Positions 26,843-37,545 of a stretch of DNA of 64,000 nucleotides are shown piece by piece. Location of the stretch: the NCBI GenBank assembly GCA_964016885.1, contig OZ024742.1, forward strand, positions 194,804,001-194,868,000. Direction: 5' to 3'. Below the pieces are notes generated by a model, which was not told the DNA's origin, did not search any database, and saw only the letters and a list, made by a program, of their open reading frames with translations. The position numbers were made by a program, and so were the translations under genes. Source of the DNA: Eledone cirrhosa. Taxonomy: Eukaryota. The first letter of the stretch is position 1. The number at the start of each line of letters is the position of its first letter.

Positions 26843-29800
26843 TGATTTCATTTATTGGCCACAAGGGCCGACATATAGGGGACAATACAACAGACTGGGA
26901 CAGTGGGGTTTTACAGAAAAATCGAGTAAACAATATGAATAAACAAAGTAACAATAACAAAGTAACAATAAAGTAACAAGAAAATTACAACAAGAAAACA
27001 TTCCCCAATAGGGGGGATGACCACCTAGGGATTCGCTCAGGTACCCCACCAGTCTTAAACGACCCGACGCTTCGAGAGAACCCTGGAAGGGCACCCCTCT
27101 CTTCTTCAAATTTACCTACCTACAGCCGCATGACCAGAGTAGGCCCACTCACACGGGCCATTCTCGCCACATTCACCCACCTTTCAGCAAATGTACTGGG
27201 GGGGGGGCAGCACTTCTCCCTCCACCCTCACCTTCCTTTCCAAGTGAAACTTGAAAAAGTTGATGAGGGATTGGCCGAAGAGAAAAGTGTCTGTCTTCAG
27301 TCCTTTCAACCTCGTCCACCATACAACCTCTTTCGCTACTGCCACCAGACAGAGGAAAATTGACTGCCCTTCCTGGCCAATAGAAGGCAGCGTGTCGATC
27401 TTCACTATGGACTCGGCCGATAGCCGGATCCGTACTACACGCGACAACAGCTGTTCAACATAGCTCCACAAGTCAGTAATGCACGGACACTGGACGAGTG
27501 CGTGCAGAACGGTTTCGTCGCTCTGCGCGCATCTCGAGCAGGTCCGTCTGACAGCACTTCCGTGCCTGTAGAGTTTATCTCGAACCGGTAGTGCGCCCCG
27601 GTAGCACTGCCAAGCGAGGGATTTTTGGAAATTATCCATCGTCCCCGGCTCGAAAGTCCTCCGGTACAGACTGGTTAGTTAGACTTCGTTGACTCCCAGA
27701 GCCTCTCCGAGTGCGTCGTCGCACTTGCCCACCACTAATCCTTTATAGAACTCGAGAGTGGAAGTTCCACTGACCGCATTGACCGCCTGGCAGAGGGCAG
27801 TGAGTGCCTGGCAACAGTCCAGATGTCAGCCACCCAGTCTCGGTCTCTTCTTGACCCAGGACTGCAACTCAGTCAAAGAAACGAGCTGCGGAAAGGCCCG
27901 TCTGACAATCGGCGACCACACTTGTTCACCGTTTAGGCAGAATATCTGGAGATGCCGCAGCCTCAGCGCGTGCCTGCGCATCATTAGCCACGGCATGCCC
28001 AGCCCTCCACGTAGAGGGTGCTGGCAGCAGATGGACCGCCTCACCAGCGGAACCTGACCCCCTCCACAAGAATTTGAAGAGATCCCGCTCCAAGATGGCG
28101 AGGCGCGAACGGGGCAAGGGACGACAGTCAGACGGTAGTAGATGACGGACGCGATGTACGCGTTCGCCACCTCCGCCCGACCTTTTAGTGATAGCTTCAT
28201 CCCAGCCCATTTCTAGGTGAGACTGACTACCCTGCCCGTCACCTCGTCCCAATTCCTATCCACCTGGAGGTCTGGGACGAACCAAACCCCTAGCAACTTT
28301 ACCAGTCCGTCCGTCCAGCGTCTAACCACGCTGTTGGACGGCATGGACTTGCCTCTCCAGGTGCCGAGTTGCAAGTCCATTGACTTTTCCGGGTTAAGTT
28401 TTGCTCCCGACAACCTTTCATATTCCTCCAATAAGTTGCCGACCACCTCGATTTCTGAGGTGTCCGACACCATCACGGTGATGTCATCCGCATAAGCCGA
28501 CACAGCCTTTCCGCGTCCCTGTTTGAGCGGGATGCCCTGCAACAGCTCCATCTTCCGCAGTAAAGGCTCGAGAGTCAATACGTACAGAAGGGACGAGAGA
28601 GGGCACCCTTGACGGACCGATCGGGAGACCTGAAACGGTTCCGAGAGGTGGCCATTAATTTTGACCATCGAGCAGGTGCCGCTGTGCATTGCAATGATCC
28701 AGCTTCTGAAGACGGGGCTGACGCCAGCCGCCTTGAGGACAGCCTCCAGGTACTGATGGTCGACCCTATCGAATGCTTTCGATTGATCTAAATTGATCAG
28801 AGCTCCACCGAAGCCAGGTTTACACCCTACCCTCTCTATGATGTATTGCATTAGATGGAGGTTGTCATATATGGACCTGGTTGGGATTGCGCAAGTTTGC
28901 GCCTCCCCAACCAAATCCCCGACGACAAGCGCCAACCTCTTCGCTAACACCCTGGCCAAAATCTTAAACTCTGAGTTGAGCAGAATTATGGGCCGGAAAT
29001 TGTCTAATGTGTCCCTCTTGTTCTCGTCTTTCCTTATCAGCGTCACTACGCCCCGTCTCACAGAACTGGGAATACTCCCGTTTTGCTGCCAGTTGCAGTA
29101 GAGCGCATCGAGGAGATTGGAGAACAAGTCTTATATATTTACGTAAAGCTCGTAGGGCAGACCATCCAAACCGGGTGACTTGCAACTCATGCAGCCTACA
29201 AGGGCATCCTGAATCTCGGCTGAAGTAATTGGCCTTTCGCAGCGCCCAGCGTCAGCCGTCGAGAGTTGCGGCAAGCCATCGAGGTAGGGACTAAAGTCCG
29301 CCACCATCTCTGACCCGCCACTTCCCCCGAACAACCGAGCAAAATGTTGGCGAAAGGCCTCACACATCCTCTTGGAATCGCTCAGCTCGAGCTCGTCTCC
29401 GTCCGTCAAAGACCGAATTGTGGTTTTATTACCACGCTGCGCCTCTGCCACGCGGGCCCATCGAACAGCTTTGATTCCCTCGTTTCTCAGAGCACGCGCC
29501 TTAGCTCTGACAAGGCAACCTTCGTGTTTCGCATTGAAGAAATGGTCTAATGCCATTCTCGCCGCTAGCACATCAGTTGCAATGCCACTACCAATAGCCT
29601 CGTCTAACTTATCTACCAACTCTCCCTCCTTTCTATTTTTCTCTAATGCTACTTCTTTGCTAAACTTTATCGACATTACTCTAATCTCTCTTTTGAGAGC
29701 CCCTGACCCCCACCACAACCACCACCACCACCACCATCTTTTGTTGACGACTCCCCCTGTCAACTTTTTCTAAACTAAATTGTTGACCTAGTCCCTGTAA

Positions 29801-32718
29801 GCCTTACGTGCCGGAAATGACATGTTTAGGTTCCAGTAACCAGGTCCTAACCTACGCGTCTTATCTAGGTCGACCATACAGATCATAAACTTGTGATCTG
29901 AATAGGCGACCGTTTCAAAACGTGGACAGCTTACACAATTTCTGTCTATTTTCCTAATGAATATCCTGTCTATATACGATCTAGATGACCCTATGCGGTT
30001 AGCCCAGGTCCACACTGGCGCTTTAGGGAAATCTAGTCGGTACCTCTCAGACAGTTGGAACTGGCTGATCAGGTTCTTGAGGCTTTTGCACCCCCCGCTC
30101 CTATCGGATACTCCCACACAGTCCCAGCGTGCGTCTAAGATGCCGTTCCAGTCCCCCGCTAACAGTAAAGGGCGAGACGTACCCAGAAAGGCTTCCAGGC
30201 GTCTAAAGAAGTCCGGCCGTCCTGCCCCAGTAGGAGCATAGACGACCACCAGTCTAAAGGCACCACCTTCATTATTGTTCACGTCCAGGACCACCAACTT
30301 CCCGTCCGGGTCCCGGAAGATCGACCTTACCTCAAGATCCAGACCTTTCCTAAACAGCACTGCCACCCCGCCTCCCATTCCCGGCTGGCTAACAGATGCA
30401 AAGATCTGATAGTTGTCGAAAATGGGGGCTATTGCGCGCGTGTCGGAAATCCTGGTCTCGCTGACTACAATTACATCCATTTCTATAGACCTAAGGTCGT
30501 TGAGCAGGTGACCCTGCTTCCAGGACGATCCCAGGCCTCGAACATTTAAACATCCTACTCTTAATACGGCCATGTTGGCAGGTTAAACAGAGAGAGAGGA
30601 AGGTTTACTTACCTTCCGGGCTCTTGTGAAGGTCGGGTTGTTCGACCTCCATAGTTAGTGGGGTTTCTTTTGGGAACCCGTTTAAAAGTCTTGAAGTGGG
30701 TTTTACGTTCGGGGTTCCCACGTCCCGAAGAAAGCTGTCTCGTATATCTTTGGTATACGAGAAATGTGCTCGATTTAAACATTTCCCCCTCTTTTTGTAT
30801 ATTTTCACTTCGTGCTACGAGGGCCATCAGTTCCTTGTTGGCCCTCCTGACGAGCACGAAGTTTTGTATGTTTTGTTGGTGTGATTTTATTTGTTTGCGT
30901 GGCTGGGGTGGTGATGGTTTTGGTGGTGTTGTTTCGGTTGTATCTGTGTTTGTTGTGAGTGCGATGTCTGTGGTTTCAGATGTTTGTGTGTATATTTGTT
31001 CTTGCGTCTGTTTCGGTTGTTTTCGTTTGGGTGATGGTGATGGTGGTGTTGATGTTGGTGTTATTGGAGAGATGTTTGCGTGAGTGGTGTTTGCGTTTTT
31101 TATTGTGGGTGCTTTTGTGCTTTGTTGAGTTTTTTTTTTCTTTTTGTGTTTCCTTTTTTGTATTTTGGGGGATTTGGGATTTCCCTCATCTTCACTACTG
31201 GTAGATGTGGGGTCTGTGTCTGTAAGTGTGTTTGTATGTATGTTTAAGGTTTTATTGGTGTGTGTATTTTTAGGGGGAGGGGGATTTTGACAGCTTTCCT
31301 CGTTTCCCCCCTCGGTGGTCAATGTTGGTGGTGTTTTTTCTATTGGTGTTGTTGATGGTGGTTTTGCCGGTGCAGATGTTGGTTGTGGTCCTCGCCCCGG
31401 CGTCGGATCGGCAGCAGTGGAGCCTTTCGACCCTTTGCCTCTTTCAACAGTTGAGGGCAGAAGGCTCGCAAATGGGTTTTTTCCCCACAAACAAAACACT
31501 GCGGCCTTTTGCCTTCGGTCATAATGTGAATGACAGTCCCATTCTGAAGTCGGATATGGTCTGGGATTGTCTTCACATTCTCGGGCCTGATCTGGAGAAG
31601 GATCTCCAGGTCAACCCCGGACCACTCCTCTCTGGCCGTTCTGGTCACTTCTATAGGGACTGTATCCGTCCCCTCCACAATCACACATCGCAGAAGCCAC
31701 CACATGTCAAGTCCTGGTGGGATTCTGGGAATGCGGAGACGGGCCGTTCTTTTTCCCATGTGGGAGGGGTACATTATGACCTTGCTGGTTTTGCAAGGAG
31801 TCATAGCGTGTTTCTTAGCGAGGGCTTCTGACTCGAACAACACCGAAATGGTGCCATACTGTCTGCCTCTCTCTATGTACTGGGTGTCTTCTCTGATGCA
31901 CCTCAGCGCGACTTCGACATCTTCTTGTGTGATTAACGCTGCCCTTTTGGTTTGTGCTGAGATGCATCTATAATGCACCGTTTTGCGCTCCACTGCCTCA
32001 ATAGCTTCTACCGGGACAGTTAAGTTGGCCCAAGTTTGCTCTTGCTTGATGAGCTTCCATGCCTGGGCCAACTTTTCATCTTTGTTTGAGAGGTCCATGT
32101 TGAAGCATGGCCTCTTTTTTGCTGCTGCCGCAGCGAAAGTGGTCTTGTTTTCGTTGGGGGTGTTGTTGACGTTGTTCTTGTTGGTGTTGTTGTTAGCACT
32201 GTCGCTGTTATCATTGTTGTCTTTGTTGCCACCGTTGTTCTCGGTGCAGTTGGCATTGTTGCTGTTGGTGTTGTCGCTATTTGTTTTCATGTTAGTGGTG
32301 TTGATATTGTTGTTGTATTTGTTATTTTTTTTTTTATCTGTATTTTCGGTGTAGCTGTTACTGTCATTTTTTCAAAATTAGAGTTCTTATTGATATCATT
32401 GGTGTCTTGGTTTACCTTGTTTGTGGTGGTGTTTGTGTTATCAATGTGTGTTAATTTCGCTGTAGCGCACCTCTCAACTTCTACGTCGTTGTCGCACGAC
32501 AGCCGACATATCGCTGGGGGGCATGGCTCAGCCATGTTTTTTTTCTTCGTAAATTTTTTAATATGTAAAAAAAAGTTCAAATATTTACTTTCCCCTTCAC
32601 GGGGCAAAGTCTAAGGGCTTATATCCCTTACACAACAAGAAATATTTAACAACAAATAATTTAAACAGGCAAATAAAGCGACTTACTGTGAGCGAGCAAA
32701 ATACGTCCGCTTAGACCA
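26843..32718 (-). mobile_element. Full-length disrupted L1/Tx1-like element (T3) inserted in (TAA)n
   Basis: ORF1 (about 30605-32535, EGKRPQCFVCGEKTHLRAFC) and ORF2 (about 27120-30573, APE-RT-ZnF), both with several frameshifts or stops. (TAA)n on both sides. Confidence 0.92.
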
Positions 32719-32730
32719 ATAATAATAATA

Positions 32731-32761
<31 letters not shown>

Positions 32762-32763
32762 TA

Positions 32764-33780
32764 CGACTACAAATTTCAGAAGTCCCATTTACTGCTGAAA
32801 CGGAAAACACAGAAAACACAAAGCAGGTAAAAATAACTGCAAAGAAAGAACTGCTACAGAAACTGGCTAAGAAATGGCAAGAAAAGCCTCTGTATGGAAA
32901 ATACCCAGAAAGAGCTAACAATCCTGATGTTGACAAAACTTTAACCCATCAGTGGTTGGCATCCTCTGGACTGAAATCGGAGACTGAAGGACTGATTATA
33001 TCAGCACAAGATCAGTGTCTGCCAACAAAAAATTACCAAGCCAACATAATAAAAAATGGATGCAGCCCATTATGCCGTGTATGTATAAAACAACCAGAGA
33101 CCATTGATCCTATAATTTAAATGTGCAGTCCTATAGCTCCAACCGAATACCTAAACAGGCATGACAGAGCTGCACAATACATACATTGGATAATGTGTAA
33201 GCATTTTGACCTGCCCCATCTAAAGAATTGGTGGAAGCATCAACCACCTTCCATACTTGAAAAAGATCACATCTCAATCTTGTGGAACTTTAGCATCCAA
33301 ACAGACCGAAAAATAGATGCAAATAGACCTGATATAATACTGAAGGACTTTAAAAAGAGGTTATGCCTGCTAATTGATATATCCGTTCCAATAGACAATA
33401 ATATATCTATAAAAACATTTGAAAAATTGAGCAAGTATAAGGACCTGGAGATAGAAATTGGAAAAATGTGGAAATTGAGAACTAAAACAATACCAGTGGT
33501 TGTAGGCGCTCTGGGAATGATACCTAAGGGGTCTATTGATTACTTATCACAAAACCCAGAAACCAGCGTATAGGAGAAATACAAAAGATAGTACTAATGG
33601 GAACTGCCCATATACTAAGGAAGATTCTGTCAACATAAGTACATCACAAGTCTAAACACCTAAAGATGCATGTGTGTATTTATGTTCTTTCTTGAACATG
33701 GTGGACTTTGTTGTCTCTTGAGGTCACTGGTTGAGAATTGGTGATAACTCATATGAACATAAAGCAAGATAGATACAACT

Positions 33781-33782
<2 letters not shown>
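32764..33782 (+). mobile_element. 5'-truncated R4/Dong-like RLE element (family R-a, copy 2)
   Basis: Highly similar to 42705-43725, with RHD and RPDIILKD..LIDISVP..KLSKYKDL. Premature TAA at 33118. (TAA)n on both sides. Confidence 0.9.
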
Positions 33783-33829
<47 letters not shown>

Positions 33830-34090
33830 TTTCTTTATTAACCACAAGGGTTTACATAAAGTAGACATTAAGGACAGTGCAGGACAATGCAGGACGGTAC
33901 AAATGGGCATTTCTGCGTGTAAAAAAAACAAAAACAGAGGATGTAACAAAAATAACAATGAAAATAACAATGAAAAATTCCCCAATAGGGGGGAGACTTC
34001 GGAGGGACATTTGTGGAGAAAGCCCAGTAAAAAGCCACAATGACCCTGACCACCAAGGCAAGTGCCCTCTCCCAGTTTTCCACCTTTAGT

Positions 34091-37000
34091 TTACAGATAT
34101 ATACTCAGAGTCGGCCCATTCACTCGGGCCATTCTTGCTTCTCTCACCCATCTTTCAACAAAATGCTGGGAAGAGAGCACTTCCTTCTCTACTCTGATTT
34201 TCCTTTTCAAATGAAATTTGAAAAAGTCAATCAGAGCATCACCGAAGAGGTAAGTGCTCGTCTTCAGCCCTTTCAAACGTGTCCACCATACTATCTCTTT
34301 CGCCATGGCCACCAGACAGATAAAAACTGCCTGCCCTTCCCGGCTAAAGGAGGAGGGCGGGGCAATCCTCACGATAGACTCAGATGATAGCTGGATCCGT
34401 CCTAAACGCGACAGCAGGTGTTCGACATAAACCCACAAGTCAGCAATTTTCGGACACTGGACGAGTGCGTGCAGGACGGTTTCGTCGCCCTGCGCGCATC
34501 TCGGACATGCCCGGCTGACGGCACCTCCATGCCTGTAGAGTTTATCCCGAACTGGCAAGGCTCCTCGGTAGCACTGCCAGGCCAGAGATTTCTGGAAGTT
34601 GTCCATAGGCCCCGGCCCGAAAGTTCTTCCGAAGAGATTGGCTAGTTGATTTTCGTCGACGCCTAGAGTTTCCCCAAGTACGTCGTCGCTCTTCCCCTCC
34701 ACTAATCCTCTATAGAACGCCGAGGTGGAGTTTCCACCGATCACATTGCCCGATTGGTCGAGGGCTGTGAGCGCCTGAAGACATTCCAGTCTCCAGGCGC
34801 TCCCTCTCGGTCTTCGCTTGACCCAGGACTGCAGCTCCGTCAAGGAAACGAGCTGGGGAAAAACGCGTCTAGCAAACGGCGACCACACCTGATAACCGTC
34901 GAGGAAGAGGTGGAAATGTCGTAGCCTGAGCGCGTGCCTGCGCATCATCAGCCACGGCATGCCCAGCCCTCCACGTAGCGGGTGTTGACAACAGATGGAC
35001 CGCCTGACCATCGGAGCACGTCCCTTCCACAAAAAGCGAAAGAGCAAACGCTCCAGCGCAGTCAGGCGAGGCTTAGGACAAGGTACGACGGTTAGGCGGT
35101 AGCAGATGACAGACGCGATGTACGCGTTAGCCACCTCCGCTCGACCTTTCAGGGATAGCTTCCTCTCCGCCCATTTCTGGGTGAGAGAAGCCAACCTGCT
35201 CGTCACCTCGTCCCAGTTTTTGTCCGTCTGGAGGTCCGGACCGAACCAGACCCCTAGCAATTTAACCGGTCCGTCCGTCCAGCGCCCGACGACGCTGTTG
35301 GACGGCATGGACCTGCCTCTCCAGGTGCCGAGCTGCAGGCCCACTGACTTTTCCTGGTTGATCATTGCTCCTGTCACCGCTTCGTATTCTCTTAGTGTAG
35401 TGCCGATCGCCTCGATGTGTTTGGCGTTCGACACCACTACGGTGACATCGTCCGCATATGCTGACACGGATCTTCCGCATCCTAGTTCGCGCGGGACTCC
35501 CCTCAACGTCTCCAGTTTGTGCAGTAATGGCTCGAGAGTCAATACGTACAAGAGGGACGAGAGGGGACATCCTTGGCGGACCGAGCGCATGATGTTGAAC
35601 GGTTCCGACAGGTGACCGTTCACTCTCACCACAGAGCAGATGTCGCTGTGCATGGCAGCGATCCAGCCTCTGAAGACGGGCCCAAAGCCAGCCGCCCTCA
35701 GGACTGCCGCTAGGTAACGATGATCGACCCTATCGAAAGCTTTCGACTGATCTAAATTGATCAAGGACCCACCCGTGCCAGGTTCCCTAGCTACCCTCTC
35801 TACGATGTATCGCATGAGGTGGAGGTTGTCGTGGATGGATCTGTCGGGAATGGCGCATGTCTGCGCCTCTCCCACCAGACCACCAACGACAAGCGCCAAC
35901 CTCTTTGCTAGCACCTTGGCCAAAATCTTAAACTCTGTGTTTAGCAGAGTTATGGGCCGGAAATTGTCTATGTTATCCCCCTTGTTCGGATCCTTTCTCA
36001 GCAGTGCCACCGCTCCTCGGCTCACAGAACTGGGAATTCTCCCGTTCTGTTGCCAGTTGCAGTAGACGTCCGCCAAGAGGCCTCCGAACAAGTCTGGCAT
36101 CTGTACGTAAAGTTCATAGGGCAGACCATCCAAACCAGGCGATTTACCCCTTGTGCAGCCAGTCATTGCCTCCCTTACTTCAGCGGCTGTTATCGGCTTT
36201 TCGCAACACTTCGCCTCAGTGGCCGAGAGCCGCGGCAGTCCGTCGAGGTAGACACTAAAGTCCATCCCTCTACCCGGCCCACCGCTGCCCCCGAACAGCT
36301 GAGCGAAGTGTCGCTGAAAAGCTTCACACATTTGCCCGGGATCGAGTAGCATGCGCCCGTCGTGGTCCACCAAAGACCGGATCGTGGCTTTGTTGCCACG
36401 ACGCGCCTCCGCCACTCGGGCCCATTGAACGGCTTTCGTCCCCTCGTGTCTGAGAGCACGCACCCTAGCTCTGACAACGCAGCCTTCGTGCTTTGCATTG
36501 AAGAATTGGTCAAGGGCCAATTTCGCCGCAAGCACGTCGGTCGCAATGCCTTTGCTAAGCGCCTCGTCTAATTTTCTAACTAGTTCTCCCTCTGCTCTAT
36601 TTTTCTCTATTGCTAAAGCCTTACTAAACCTAATCGATTCTATTCTAATCGCTCTTTTCAGAGCAAACCACCACTTGTTGTTGACGATGGCCCCCGTCAA
36701 CGCCCGCTTAACTAGTTCGCTAATCCGGTCTCTGTAGGCCTTGCGCGCTGGTAAGGACGCGTTTAGCTTCCAGTAGCCGGGTCCTCGTCTATGAAGCCTA
36801 TCTAAGTCAAGCACACAGATCACGAATTTGTGGTCCGTGTAGCTGACTATCTTGAATTGTGGACAGCCTATGCTAGACCTATCTATTTCCCTACAAAATA
36901 CTCTATCTAGATATGATCTGGATGACCCTATGCGGTTTGTCCAAGTCCACATTGGCACATTCGGGAAATCCAATCGGTACCTGTCAGACAGTTCAAAACG

Positions 37001-37510
37001 CCTGAGCAGGTTGGTGAGGCTCTTGCACCCTCCACCCCTATCCGCTAATCCCACACAGTCCCAGCGTGCATCTAAGATCCCGTTCCAGTCGCCCACTAAC
37101 ACTAAAGAGCGGGACGTTCCAAGAAAGGTCTCCAGACGCCGGAAGAAATCAGGCCGCCCTGCTTCTGTCGGGGCATAGACGGCCACTAGCCTGAAAGCTT
37201 GCCCGTCTCCGCTGGTCACGTCCAGCACCACCAGCTTACCCTCTGGGTCCAGGAAGATGGCCCGTATGGCGAGATCCAAACCTCTCCGAAAAAGCACAGC
37301 AACTCCTCCACCGGATCCAGGACGGCTGGGAGATGCGTACACATCGAAGCCACCGAAGATCGGTGCGAAGGCCCGTGCTTCGGAGATTCTGGTCTCGCTG
37401 ATGGCCACTACATCTATGTTTAGTGACCTGAGGTCGTTGAGCAGGTGACCCTGCTTCCATGACGACCCCAAGCCACGCGCATTTATGCTGCCTATTCTGA
37501 GTGAGGTCAT
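34091..37510 (-). CDS. T4 ORF2: APE endonuclease, reverse transcriptase and CCHC zinc finger (1139 aa)
   Basis: SINARGL, ISETR, VYAP, GDWN, SYLDR, TDHK, FRPITLLN, LDQSKAFDRVDH, RQGCPLS, AYADD, CPRC..ETVLHALVQC. Confidence 0.95.
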   Translation of the reverse strand: MTSLRIGSINARGLGSSWKQGHLLNDLRSLNIDVVAISETRISEARAFAPIFGGFDVYASPSRPGSGGGVAVLFRRGLDLAIRAIFLDPEGKLVVLDVTSGDGQAFRLVAVYAPTEAGRPDFFRRLETFLGTSRSLVLVGDWNGILDARWDCVGLADRGGGCKSLTNLLRRFELSDRYRLDFPNVPMWTWTNRIGSSRSYLDRVFCREIDRSSIGCPQFKIVSYTDHKFVICVLDLDRLHRRGPGYWKLNASLPARKAYRDRISELVKRALTGAIVNNKWWFALKRAIRIESIRFSKALAIEKNRAEGELVRKLDEALSKGIATDVLAAKLALDQFFNAKHEGCVVRARVRALRHEGTKAVQWARVAEARRGNKATIRSLVDHDGRMLLDPGQMCEAFQRHFAQLFGGSGGPGRGMDFSVYLDGLPRLSATEAKCCEKPITAAEVREAMTGCTRGKSPGLDGLPYELYVQMPDLFGGLLADVYCNWQQNGRIPSSVSRGAVALLRKDPNKGDNIDNFRPITLLNTEFKILAKVLAKRLALVVGGLVGEAQTCAIPDRSIHDNLHLMRYIVERVAREPGTGGSLINLDQSKAFDRVDHRYLAAVLRAAGFGPVFRGWIAAMHSDICSVVRVNGHLSEPFNIMRSVRQGCPLSSLLYVLTLEPLLHKLETLRGVPRELGCGRSVSAYADDVTVVVSNAKHIEAIGTTLREYEAVTGAMINQEKSVGLQLGTWRGRSMPSNSVVGRWTDGPVKLLGVWFGPDLQTDKNWDEVTSRLASLTQKWAERKLSLKGRAEVANAYIASVICYRLTVVPCPKPRLTALERLLFRFLWKGRAPMVRRSICCQHPLRGGLGMPWLMMRRHALRLRHFHLFLDGYQVWSPFARRVFPQLVSLTELQSWVKRRPRGSAWRLECLQALTALDQSGNVIGGNSTSAFYRGLVEGKSDDVLGETLGVDENQLANLFGRTFGPGPMDNFQKSLAWQCYRGALPVRDKLYRHGGAVSRACPRCAQGDETVLHALVQCPKIADLWVYVEHLLSRLGRIQLSSESIVRIAPPSSFSREGQAVFICLVAMAKEIVWWTRLKGLKTSTYLFGDALIDFFKFHLKRKIRVEKEVLSSQHFVERWVREARMARVNGPTLSIYL

Positions 37511-37545
37511 GTTTAAAATAGAGTGGAAAAGATGGGAAAGACCAC

